Counted from the first letter of the stretch, positions 29,177 through 38,063 are shown. The stretch: DNA of 64,000 nt from Eubacteriales bacterium (GCA_045645405.1 JAZRIQ010000004.1:159933-223932); one strand, 5' to 3'. Program-made: numbers and translations. Notes: generated from the sequence alone by a model not told the origin.

Positions 29177-29997
29177 TGAAAGGCATCATTTTTGAAATCA
29201 AACGCTTTGCCGTTCACGACGGTGACGGTATCCGCACAACGGTATTCTTCAAGGGCTGTCCGCTGCGGTGTGTATGGTGTCACAACCCCGAGGGGCTTTC
29301 ACGGAAGCCGCAGGAGGCGTTTTACAAGCATAAATGCATCGGTTGCGGAGAATGCAAAAAGGAAGGCTTCGCTCCCGAGGATTGCCTTGGCGAGGCGCGC
29401 ATCCTTTACGGCAAGGCGGTCACCGTTGATGAATTATTACCTATGCTTTTGGAGGACAAGGATTTCTACGAGACTTCAGGCGGCGGTGTCACACTTTCGG
29501 GTGGCGAATGTCTGATGCAAGCCGACTTCTGCACGGAGCTTTTGATGCGATTGAAGGAAAACGGCATACACACCGCCGTTGACACGTGTGGATTTGTATC
29601 AAAAAACGCTTTGGATAATGTGATTCCATACACCGACGTATTTCTTTACGACGTGAAAGCATACGACGAGGACGTACATATCAAATGTACGGGGGTATCA
29701 AATAAGCAGATACTTGAAAATCTCATATATTTGGATTCCAAGGGGAAGGATATTGAAATCCGCATTCCCTACGTGCCCGATTATAACGACGGTCAGATTG
29801 AGAAAATTGCTTACTTCCTCGCACAGCTTAAAAGCATCGCAAAAATACGCGTGCTGCCGTATCACGATTATGCAGGCTCAAAATACGAGGCTCTTAGCAT
29901 AAAAAACACCTTGCCAGGCCGGTTACCCACAGATGAAGAACTCGAAGCAGCAAGATATTTGATAAAAAATATCACAAAATTTGTTGTCCCTTCTTGA
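29176..29997 (+). CDS. Glycyl-radical enzyme activating protein (radical SAM)
   Basis: [29 protein letters not shown] (CX3CX2C at C28, C32 and C35), an auxiliary CIGCGEC...C motif, and the GGEC SAM-binding motif. The start overlaps the upstream stop (TAATGA). Confidence 0.88.
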   Translation: MKGIIFEIKRFAVHDGDGIRTTVFFKGCPLRCVWCHNPEGLSRKPQEAFYKHKCIGCGECKKEGFAPEDCLGEARILYGKAVTVDELLPMLLEDKDFYETSGGGVTLSGGECLMQADFCTELLMRLKENGIHTAVDTCGFVSKNALDNVIPYTDVFLYDVKAYDEDVHIKCTGVSNKQILENLIYLDSKGKDIEIRIPYVPDYNDGQIEKIAYFLAQLKSIAKIRVLPYHDYAGSKYEALSIKNTLPGRLPTDEELEAARYLIKNITKFVVPS

Positions 29998-30006
29998 CCA
30001 CACTCG

Positions 30007-30117
30007 TGAGCGGAAGTCCTATAATACAAGACGGCAGATTAGTCGGTGCAGTTACACACGTTTTAATAAACGACCCCACAGAGGGATATGGAATTTTCAT
30101 AGAAAATATGCTTAACG
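30007..30117 (+). repeat. Right copy of the 111-bp direct repeat
   Basis: Matches 25510-25620 at an offset of 4,497 bp in the same orientation. Confidence 0.9.
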
Positions 30118-30194
30118 AAATGCCTGAAATTTTAAAACAAAGAAAATTTTGGAATTTAAAAACTTGTATAAATATGAGCATATTTTGTCAATAA
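30007..30194 (+). pseudogene. Displaced original 3' end of spoIVB (SGSPII...[30 protein letters not shown])
   Basis: The spoIVB reading frame stays open from the repeat to the stop at 30192-94 in AT-rich, host-like DNA. There is no Shine-Dalgarno or plausible start, and the rest of the protease is missing. Confidence 0.75.
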
Positions 30195-30219
30195 TCTTTT
30201 TAAAGATTAGGAGCAAAAT

Positions 30220-30993
30220 ATGCATTATAACAAGGTTGAAATTTGTGGAGTTAATACCTCCAATTTAAAGGTTTTAAAGGAAGAAGAAAAAAGACGTATG
30301 CTTGCTGAGGCAAAGTGCGGCAACTATAAATCACGTGAAGCTTTGATTGACGGAAATTTAAGGTTGGTGCTTTCAATAATTCAAAGATTTTCCTCAAGAA
30401 AAGAAAATATGGACGATTTATTTCAAGTTGGTTGCATCGGACTTATAAAAGCAATTGACAATTTTAATACAGAGCTGGACGTGAAGTTTTCCACTTATGC
30501 CGTCCCGATGATTATAGGCGAGGTAAGACGTTATTTGAGAGATAACAATTCTATAAGAGTTTCAAGATCGGTAAGAGATTTAGCATATAAAGCATTACAA
30601 GCACGAGAAGAATTAACAAGAGAAAGCTTTCAAGAGCCAACGGTTGAACAAATAGCAGAAAGATTAAACGAAAAAAAGGAAGCTATTGTTTCTGCACTGG
30701 AAGCAATTAGCGAGCCTGTTTCTCTCTATGAGCCTGTTTTTAATGACTCCGGTGACTCACTTTACATTATGGATCAATTAAAAGACGCAGGCTCAGATGA
30801 TGAATTATGGATTGAGGATATTGCTCTTAAGGAAGCAATAAAAACTCTTAACGAGCGCGAGAAGAAAATTATAGATATGCGCTTTTATGCAGGTAAAACT
30901 CAAAGTGAAATTGCAAATGAAATAGGCATTTCTCAAGCTCAGGTATCAAGACTTGAAAAATGCGCATTAGAAAGATTAAAAAAGCAAATTTAA
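30220..30993 (+). CDS. sigG: RNA polymerase sporulation sigma factor SigG
   Basis: N-terminal VEICGVNTSNLKVL, then GNLRLVLSIIQRF, FQVGCIGLIKAIDNF and YAVPMIIGEVRRYLRDN, which are SigG-type. AGGAG Shine-Dalgarno upstream. Confidence 0.9.
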   Translation: MHYNKVEICGVNTSNLKVLKEEEKRRMLAEAKCGNYKSREALIDGNLRLVLSIIQRFSSRKENMDDLFQVGCIGLIKAIDNFNTELDVKFSTYAVPMIIGEVRRYLRDNNSIRVSRSVRDLAYKALQAREELTRESFQEPTVEQIAERLNEKKEAIVSALEAISEPVSLYEPVFNDSGDSLYIMDQLKDAGSDDELWIEDIALKEAIKTLNEREKKIIDMRFYAGKTQSEIANEIGISQAQVSRLEKCALERLKKQI

Positions 30994-31020
30994 AAGCTGT
31001 TGCCACAAAGCAACAGCTTT
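30993..31020. terminator. Bidirectional Rho-independent terminator
   Basis: Stem aaagctgttg pairs with caacagcttt. It sits between the convergent sigG and HIT genes. Confidence 0.75.
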
Positions 31021-31023
31021 TAA

Positions 31024-31362
31024 TTATGCCATTTTTTCCGATAGCTTTTCGCCACCTAATACGTGATAATGAAGGTGTTTTACGCTTTGACAACCGTCTT
31101 CTCCGCAGTTGGTAATAACTCTGTACCCATTAGTTATGCCTGCCAATGAAGCGATTTGAGGGATTTTAACAAAAATATGAGCAATATCGCCGCAATTATC
31201 CTCATTTATTTCATCAGCGCAGGATATATGATTTTTAGGAATAACAAGAATATGTACCTTTGCCTGCGGATTTAAATCGTGAAACGCTAATATTTTGTCG
31301 TCCTCATACACCTTTTTAGATGGAATTTCTCCGTTTGCTATTTTACAAAAAATGCAATTCAT
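31024..31362 (-). CDS. HIT family protein (histidine triad nucleotide-binding)
   Basis: MNCIFCKIANGEIPSK and the histidine triad HLHYHVLGG. The start was trimmed to the conserved N-terminus. Confidence 0.9.
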   Translation of the reverse strand: MNCIFCKIANGEIPSKKVYEDDKILAFHDLNPQAKVHILVIPKNHISCADEINEDNCGDIAHIFVKIPQIASLAGITNGYRVITNCGEDGCQSVKHLHYHVLGGEKLSEKMA

Positions 31363-31442
31363 AGTTTTTCTCCTTGACCTATAAAGTTGTTTATTGTATA
31401 ATACAATTATACCAAATCTTTTAATAAAAATCAAGGAATGTT

Positions 31443-32537
31443 ATGGGGATTTATAAAAATATAATTTTTGATAACTTTAATTGCGATATTTGGTCTTTTT
31501 TAAAAACTGTTGATAAACCGATTTTAATATACGGTATGGGCAACGGCGCAGATAAAATCATTTCGATTTTTGAAAAATACGGAATTGAATATAAAGACGT
31601 TTTTGCCAGTGATGGCTTTGTAAGAGGTCATTCCTATAGAGGAAAAACCGTTATTTCTTATTCTCAAGCTTGTGAAAAGTACGGAAATAACTTTATTATT
31701 ATTGTTTCCTTCGGTTCTAAACTACCTGAGGTTATAGATAGAATTTTCGATTTAGAAAGTACTCATTTAGTTTTTTGTCCGGATGTGCCTGTTTGCGACG
31801 GCGAGATTTTTAATGAAGAGTTTTTTGACATTCACGAAAATGAGCTATACACCGCAAGAAATCTTTTATTTGATGAGATATCCAGACGCACTTATGATGA
31901 TATAGTAAGATTTAAACTAACCGGTATGCCACGATACTTGAAGTCAACTGCTTTTTCTGAAAGCGAGGTTGATAGTATTTTAAAGTTGGATACATACAGT
32001 TCCTATGCAGATTTAGGTGCATATAACGGTGACACTATAAAAAAATATTCTGAAATTTGTCCAAACATAAGTACAATTTATGCTTTTGAGCCCGATACAC
32101 GCAATTTTAAAAAGCTTTCTAAGTATTGTGAGGAACTACAAGGCATTGACACATATATCTTCAATTCTGCCGTGTGTGAGTGCGATAAAATGCTGGAGTT
32201 TGTTTCTTCAGGAAACAGAAACTCATCAGGAGCATCAAGCGGCTCTTTTAAGCATAAGACCGTACAAATTGAAGGGAAAGCAATTGACAACGTAATTGAG
32301 TCAGTTGATTTTGTAAAATACGACGTAGAAGGTCTTGAATATAAGGCTCTTTTAGGAAGCAAGGAGTTAATTAAGCGTTGTGAACCGGATTTACTGGTTT
32401 CTATGTATCATAAAAGCGAGGATATGTATGAATTACCAATTTTGGTAAACAAGCTAAGTCAGAATTACAAGCTGATTTTACGTAGATTGCCTTATATTCC
32501 TGCCTGGGATTTGAATTTATATGCGATAAAAAAATAG
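31443..32537 (+). CDS. FkbM family methyltransferase
   Basis: The C-terminal half (YADLGAYNGDT...YAFEPDTRNFKKL...KYDVEGLEYKAL) resembles the FkbM-type SAM methyltransferase domain. Confidence 0.6.
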   Translation: MGIYKNIIFDNFNCDIWSFLKTVDKPILIYGMGNGADKIISIFEKYGIEYKDVFASDGFVRGHSYRGKTVISYSQACEKYGNNFIIIVSFGSKLPEVIDRIFDLESTHLVFCPDVPVCDGEIFNEEFFDIHENELYTARNLLFDEISRRTYDDIVRFKLTGMPRYLKSTAFSESEVDSILKLDTYSSYADLGAYNGDTIKKYSEICPNISTIYAFEPDTRNFKKLSKYCEELQGIDTYIFNSAVCECDKMLEFVSSGNRNSSGASSGSFKHKTVQIEGKAIDNVIESVDFVKYDVEGLEYKALLGSKELIKRCEPDLLVSMYHKSEDMYELPILVNKLSQNYKLILRRLPYIPAWDLNLYAIKK

Positions 32538-32608
32538 AGCAATTTTGAAGTGAACCCAAAAGTTTAGACACTTTTGGAGGTGCATATCATTTTGCTCTAT
32601 TTTTATTT

Positions 32609-33367
32609 TCACGCGAATTTTATACTGCTTGAATTGTAAATTTCAGTTTCAATTGTATTGCATATAGTTAATACATCTTTCTCAATCAACTTGCATACGG
32701 GATTTTCTGTAAAAAAGTGACCTGCTTCCACAATATTTATGTTCATATCGTTAGCGTCAATTGTTACATTATAGCTTGCTCTGCCTGTAAGAATTGTATC
32801 TGCCTCAAATTCGATAGCGTTTTCTACCATATCTTTTCCATCGCCGCCAATAACGTACACCTTTTTAACAGGCCTTTTTCCGTTATAGAGTACAAAAGGC
32901 GATAATAATGCATTCTTTACATTTTCGGCAAATGTCGCAAGATCGGTTTCATTTTCCAGTTCACCGACTCTGCCCATTTTGTTGCTTTCATCTATTACTA
33001 CATCTTTTAATTTTAACAATTCTACTAAAGCATCATTAACACCTGGATTTGACGCATCTAATCTTGTGTGAAACGACATAACTTGAACATTATTTTTAAC
33101 TAATTTTATTAGTTTTTCTTGCGTATAGTTAAGGGGATTTAGGGATTTTTGCGAACGAAACACCAAAGGATGATGAGAAATTATTGTATCGTATCCGTTA
33201 TCTATTGCATAATCAATAGTATCCATAGTAACATCAAGAGCTATGAGCACCCTATTAACTTGACGCTCCAAATCGTCAGCACACATAATTCCGTCATTGT
33301 CCCATTCGCATCTGTATTTTTCAGGATATGTATCTGATAACTTATTATACAGTTCAATAAACGTCAT
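32609..33367 (-). CDS. Nif3-like dinuclear metal center protein
   Basis: DNDGIMC..., LDVTMDTIDYAIDNGYDTIISHHPLVF and a C-terminal EAGHF motif. Located downstream of trmK, as in many Firmicutes. Confidence 0.8.
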   Translation of the reverse strand: MTFIELYNKLSDTYPEKYRCEWDNDGIMCADDLERQVNRVLIALDVTMDTIDYAIDNGYDTIISHHPLVFRSQKSLNPLNYTQEKLIKLVKNNVQVMSFHTRLDASNPGVNDALVELLKLKDVVIDESNKMGRVGELENETDLATFAENVKNALLSPFVLYNGKRPVKKVYVIGGDGKDMVENAIEFEADTILTGRASYNVTIDANDMNINIVEAGHFFTENPVCKLIEKDVLTICNTIETEIYNSSSIKFA

Positions 33368-33368
33368 A

Positions 33369-34043
33369 CTATTTTCCTACATAGCTGTTTAGTTCAGCTA
33401 TTTCCTTTTCTATTTCTTTTGTATCGTATCCACCGGCTTTTAATCCCTTCAGCCTTTTCTCTTTTTTAGAAATAACGGAATTTAACAGCATTTTAAAGGA
33501 TTCGTTGCCATTTTCAATGTTTCTTATGCCTAACTCAAGTTCTGCGTTTGTGTATTCTCTTGAAATTCCATCATACTCAACACATATAATCTGATAAATC
33601 TTATCATCTTCATAAACAATATCTTCGATAAACGTAAAAAATCCATTTTGAAGATATTTCCTAAGCTCAAATACGGAGGTCATAGGCTGTAAAATAAGTC
33701 TTATTCCCTGTTTTTTTACATATTCGGACTTTTCAATTATTTGCGATATCAATTCTCCGCCCATACCACAGATAGCTATATCGGTAGGCTGATATTTTTC
33801 AATTCCGCAAAGACCGTCTGCCACGCAGGTATCTATGACGCTATCAAGCTCATATCTGCTTATATTTTCTCTCGCTTTTGATATCGGACCTTCGTTTATG
33901 TCTGATGCGACAGCCCTTGAAATTTTGCCTTCCAAAGCAAGATAGATAGGCAGATATGCGTGATCTGTTCCTATATCTGCAACTACTGCACCGTTACGCA
34001 CATACGAGGCAACGGTGCAGAGTCTTTTACTGATTTTAATCAT
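33369..34043 (-). CDS. trmK: tRNA (adenine22-N1)-methyltransferase
   Basis: ISKRLCTVASYVRNGAVVADIGTDHAYLPIYL and AICGMGGELI are TrmK signatures. Confidence 0.85.
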   Translation of the reverse strand: MIKISKRLCTVASYVRNGAVVADIGTDHAYLPIYLALEGKISRAVASDINEGPISKARENISRYELDSVIDTCVADGLCGIEKYQPTDIAICGMGGELISQIIEKSEYVKKQGIRLILQPMTSVFELRKYLQNGFFTFIEDIVYEDDKIYQIICVEYDGISREYTNAELELGIRNIENGNESFKMLLNSVISKKEKRLKGLKAGGYDTKEIEKEIAELNSYVGK

Positions 34044-34044
34044 A

Positions 34045-34242
34045 TTACTTGTTTAAAAAAGCGTTAATTTTTGCAATCAATGCATCAGCATCTGTTCCGT
34101 GTGCACGGCAAGCATCCTCAATAGCTTCGCCTCTTGAGTGAGGACAGCCTAAACAATGCATACCGATTTCAAAGAAAAATTGAGCTGTTTCCGGATTGTA
34201 ATCAAGTACATCACCAATTATAGTCTTTTTTGTTACTTCCAT
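34045..34242 (-). CDS. DUF1858 domain protein (hybrid-cluster-associated redox disulfide type)
   Basis: A 65-aa protein with GMHCLGCP and a conserved ...TIGDVL..P... N-terminus. Confidence 0.6.
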   Translation of the reverse strand: MEVTKKTIIGDVLDYNPETAQFFFEIGMHCLGCPHSRGEAIEDACRAHGTDADALIAKINAFLNK

Positions 34243-34256
34243 TTTATATTCTCCTT

Positions 34257-35510
34257 TTAATTGTTTAACAATTTTATTTTTCCACCGAGAGAGGATAGTT
34301 TTTCAACTAAATTTTCATAGCCTCTTACGATAAAATTAACGTTATTTATTTCACTTCTTCCCTCTGCTCCCAAAGAAGCAGCTACTAAAGATGCGCCCGC
34401 GCGTAAGTCTGTTGCATCAAGTGCTGTACCTTTCATTTCAGAGTTATTAACAAATGCAACATTTCCAATCAAGTCAATATTTGCGCCAAGCTTTTTTAGC
34501 TCATTTACGTAGGCGAAGCGAGTTGGGAAAATATCGTCCTTTACGCTGCCTCCGTTTTCACTATAACACAAAAGTGCCGAAAATTGAGGATGCATATCCG
34601 TAGGAAAAAGCGGGTACGGTGCGGTAACAACATCTGCTCCCTTCATATTTCCTATACGACTTACACATAAGCTTTTATCGTATACGGATAATTTTATGCC
34701 CATATTGTCAAATATGCTTATACAGTACTTTAAATGAGACGGCTCAATACTATGTAACGTAACACTTCCACCGGCTATTGCCGTAAAGCATACATAAGTT
34801 AATGCTTCAATCATATCCGGAAAAATTCTATATTCCGTACCGTTAAGCTTTTTTACTCCGCGAATACAAATAGTTCTTCCGCTACGAGCAATTTTTGCGC
34901 CGCATTTGTTTAAAAAACGGATTAGGTCATCAACGTGCGGCTCTATTGCACAATTTTCAATTAAAGTGATTCCGTCAAGAAAAACAGATGCAATCACCAT
35001 ATTTATTGTAGCACCTACAGAAATTTTGTCAAGAGTTAATTTATGGCTTTTTAATTTTTTTCTTGCTTTAATTTCGATTTTTCCTTCATTTTGAGTACAT
35101 TTAGCGCCCATTGTTTCAAAGCCTTTTAAGTGTTGCTCAATAGGTCTTTCTCCAAAATTACATCCTCCGGGCAAATTTATATTTACATAACCGAAACGAG
35201 CCAAAAGCGCCCCCATAAGGTAATAAGATGCCCTCATTTTAGAGACTAAGTCCGGATGCTTAATGATATTGGTAGCGTACTTAGCATTTATTCTGACTGT
35301 ATTTTTATCACAAAAAACAGCTTCTGCTCCTAACCCCCTCAATATTTCAAGAGTATTGATAATATCGCTAACTTCAGGTACATTTTTAATAATGCACTCG
35401 CCCTCTGTCAAAAGACAGGCATAAAGAACAGGTAATGCAGAATTTTTCATTCCGCCAATTGAAATTTCACCAAATAATTTATTTTTACCCTCGACTATGA
35501 TTTTTTCCAT
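34257..35510 (-). CDS. murA: UDP-N-acetylglucosamine 1-carboxyvinyltransferase
   Basis: GGMKNSALPVL, the active-site Cys loop PGGCNFGERPIEQH, and ATDLRAGASLV. Confidence 0.93.
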   Translation of the reverse strand: MEKIIVEGKNKLFGEISIGGMKNSALPVLYACLLTEGECIIKNVPEVSDIINTLEILRGLGAEAVFCDKNTVRINAKYATNIIKHPDLVSKMRASYYLMGALLARFGYVNINLPGGCNFGERPIEQHLKGFETMGAKCTQNEGKIEIKARKKLKSHKLTLDKISVGATINMVIASVFLDGITLIENCAIEPHVDDLIRFLNKCGAKIARSGRTICIRGVKKLNGTEYRIFPDMIEALTYVCFTAIAGGSVTLHSIEPSHLKYCISIFDNMGIKLSVYDKSLCVSRIGNMKGADVVTAPYPLFPTDMHPQFSALLCYSENGGSVKDDIFPTRFAYVNELKKLGANIDLIGNVAFVNNSEMKGTALDATDLRAGASLVAASLGAEGRSEINNVNFIVRGYENLVEKLSSLGGKIKLLNN

Positions 35511-35564
35511 AACGACCTCGAATAAAATAACATTCTAATTTCATTTTATTCGGTTATGAAAAAA

Positions 35565-36683
35565 TTAGTTCGTTTCTTTGCTTTTTAAAAATGCGCAGGT
35601 AAGATCTACTATCATACCGTAGCTCTTTATTCCGTCCTTTTGTCCGTTTGCCTGCAAATAAGAATTATTTATATTCCCCGATACCTCTGAAGCAACAGAA
35701 TCTCTATATTTATCAAAAAATTCAGAATAGCTCTTCAAATCTCCCTTGACTCTATCATCAAGTATGGAATAAACCTCGAAATAAAGGTCTTTATCTGCAG
35801 AATACAACGCATTCATAACGTCGCTATACACATTAAGATAAGCACTGTATTTTAAAAAGCTGTCATCAGATTCCGCTAAAACTACAAAAGCAACGAAATT
35901 AGCTTCATTCTCTCTTGCCACTCCACGCTGATGTGCCATTTCGTGTGCAGCAGATGAAGCAACAATAAAATCGGGATAATTTACATTCACGTTGCTTTCC
36001 CCTGTAAAAAAGGTATAAATTCCGGATATATGAGTATAAGTTAACGGCTCACTCAAAATAATCGGCTTGATTATTGATCTGAAGTTAATGATTGCTCCGT
36101 AATTTTTTTCGTAAAGGCTGTATGCCTCGTAGGTTTTAGCACTAAGCTTATAGTAGCCATAAGGCATAACTGATGCCCCCGTATTATCATACAGTACCTC
36201 GTCAGACAGTTCATTCAAGGTTTCAACAATTGTAACGGAAGCTTTGTATAAATCTTCTTTGCTTAATTTTTCTGTTTTAAGCCCAAGCTGCTTATCTATA
36301 GAAGAATTATGAAATCCGCTTGAATACGTCCAAACAAACGTAATGAATATAATTAAAACCAAGCTAAAAACCTTCAGAATAAACTTAACTGTATCCTTGC
36401 CGCTGATTTTAGCATTTTTTATGCCTCTTTTTACCAAAATAACCAAACACAGCGGTGACGCAAATAATAAAGATTCAGATATTGAAAACGGCACAATGCT
36501 TGAAGCTTGTGCTAAAGCTTGTCTTATAGGAGCAGTCATATACATATTAAAGAAATCCGCGAATTTAACGGAATTTAAAACGCTAATATAAAGAATTAAG
36601 CTAATAAGAGAGATTAAGAAAATTACAATTGAAAACAACGAAACATATTCTCTAATTTTTCGGTATAAATTCATCATTTCCAA
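35565..36683 (-). CDS. DUF3810-like membrane zinc metallopeptidase
   Basis: N-terminal TM helices and an HExxH motif (AAHEMAHQRG). The exact start among M1, M3 and M4 is uncertain. Confidence 0.6.
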   Translation of the reverse strand: MEMMNLYRKIREYVSLFSIVIFLISLISLILYISVLNSVKFADFFNMYMTAPIRQALAQASSIVPFSISESLLFASPLCLVILVKRGIKNAKISGKDTVKFILKVFSLVLIIFITFVWTYSSGFHNSSIDKQLGLKTEKLSKEDLYKASVTIVETLNELSDEVLYDNTGASVMPYGYYKLSAKTYEAYSLYEKNYGAIINFRSIIKPIILSEPLTYTHISGIYTFFTGESNVNVNYPDFIVASSAAHEMAHQRGVARENEANFVAFVVLAESDDSFLKYSAYLNVYSDVMNALYSADKDLYFEVYSILDDRVKGDLKSYSEFFDKYRDSVASEVSGNINNSYLQANGQKDGIKSYGMIVDLTCAFLKSKETN

Positions 36684-37542
36684 ACTGCCTCCTTACCATT
36701 TCCTTAATATCCTCTGCTAAAGGTGCGTAAAAGCTTCCTATACCACTTATATTCATTCTTAAACAATGCAAAGCCTGCCTTTGAATCTCATTATTTCTTC
36801 CGCCATATAACGTATCTCCCGCTAAAGGATATCCCAAATAAGCAAAATGTACTCTTATTTGATGTGTTCTTCCGGTTTTTGGTGTAACTAAAACTACGCT
36901 ACAATTTTCATTACAAACAAGAGACGTATATTCGGTAAGTGCATATTCTCCGTCGGTTCTTACCTCTCTTTTGATTATGCTTTCTCCTATTCTGCCAATT
37001 GGTGCTTCAATCTTACCGCTACCGCTAAGCTTTCCCTCAACCACAGCTATATATGCTTTTTCTATTAAGCCTTCTCTAATTTTGTTTGAAAGCAACGCCG
37101 AATAATATTTGTTGTTTGCGGTAATAACTATCCCGCTTGTATCCTTATCCAAACGATTTGTGGCTCTAAAAACATAAGGCTTATTCCTGTAACGGTATGC
37201 CAGTGCATTAGCAAGTGAATTTTTGCGATTGTTTATTGATTCGTGCGTTGGCATATTATAAGGTTTGTTTACAACTGTAATATCATCATTTTCAAAAACT
37301 ATGTCTATCGGAATATCAACGGGCTCTAAAAACACGTTTTCATCCTCTTTAGTATCATCAAAATTGAGTTCTAATATGTCATTCTCCTTTAAAACGTATA
37401 GAACGTTTTGATGTAAACCGTTAACTAAAATTCCGTTAGAAAATTTTTTGAGCTGTTTTATCAAAGATACAGACATTTCTATTGACTTTAAAAAATCTTT
37501 GATTTTTTGTCCTGATTGTTCTTTTTCAATTAAGTATCTCAT
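36652..37542 (-). CDS. RluA family pseudouridine synthase (RluD-like)
   Basis: S4-like N-terminus, the catalytic motif ATNRLDKDTSGIV, and GRTHQIRVH. Confidence 0.88.
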   Translation of the reverse strand: MRYLIEKEQSGQKIKDFLKSIEMSVSLIKQLKKFSNGILVNGLHQNVLYVLKENDILELNFDDTKEDENVFLEPVDIPIDIVFENDDITVVNKPYNMPTHESINNRKNSLANALAYRYRNKPYVFRATNRLDKDTSGIVITANNKYYSALLSNKIREGLIEKAYIAVVEGKLSGSGKIEAPIGRIGESIIKREVRTDGEYALTEYTSLVCNENCSVVLVTPKTGRTHQIRVHFAYLGYPLAGDTLYGGRNNEIQRQALHCLRMNISGIGSFYAPLAEDIKEMVRRQFGNDEFIPKN

Positions 37543-37688
37543 GGAGATATTTTATCATATCAACAGTAATTTTGCAACAATCATATTTCAACGTAAGATT
37601 TAAACTTACAAAAATTTCATTTTCCTATTGATAATTTGGAATATTTAGGATATAATATGAGAAATGAAATTTTTTAGGAGGTATTACT

Positions 37689-38063
37689 ATGGATCCGATT
37701 GTAGGTATTTTATGTGCCGCCGGTTTTGGATTGGTTATATTTTTATCATGGAGATCTAATAAAAAGCAAGAGAGAGAAACTCAACTTATGCGCGATTCTC
37801 TCGAGGTAGGAGATGAAATTACAACCATTGGCGGTATTATCGGAGAAATCGTTAGAATCAAAGAAGAAACCGTTACTATTGAAACCGGTAAGGACAGAAC
37901 CAAAATCAGAATTCTTCGCTCTGCTATCCGTTCAGTTGACGTATATGCTGCTGAAAAAAGAGGAGAAACTAAAAAAGTTGACGACTCTTCAAGCAGTAAA
38001 AAGCCAAAGCTTGAAAAGGCCGGCTTGAAACAAGACGATAAGGCTGATGCGGAAAATAAATAA
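37689..38063 (+). CDS. yajC: Preprotein translocase subunit YajC
   Basis: Single TM helix plus LEVGDEITTIGGIIGEIVRIKEETVTIE, the YajC core, with a K/D-rich tail. Confidence 0.85.
   Translation: MDPIVGILCAAGFGLVIFLSWRSNKKQERETQLMRDSLEVGDEITTIGGIIGEIVRIKEETVTIETGKDRTKIRILRSAIRSVDVYAAEKRGETKKVDDSSSSKKPKLEKAGLKQDDKADAENK

Larger units (their letters stand above)
25510..30006 (+). mobile_element. Putative horizontally acquired 4,497-bp cassette (one repeat unit plus unique DNA), with no recombinase
   Basis: Bracketed by 111-bp direct repeats. G+C is visibly higher than in the flanks (30/60 at 28381-28440 versus 11/60 at 24601-24660). Cargo is araC, a GRE, an SGNH fragment and the GRE activase. 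Confidence 0.6.

Noticed and set aside
25621-30006. Looked for an integrase, transposase, relaxase or terminal inverted repeats inside the cassette
   Set aside because: None found. All coding capacity is accounted for by araC, the GRE, the SGNH fragment and the activase, so I do not call this a classical ICE, IS, transposon or prophage.
30165-30195. Forespore (sigma-F/G) promoter for sigG: TGTATA-N18-CAATAAT
   Set aside because: The -35 fits GnATR, but the -10 matches the CATnnTA consensus poorly. It is mentioned only as context in a finding and is not called as a feature.
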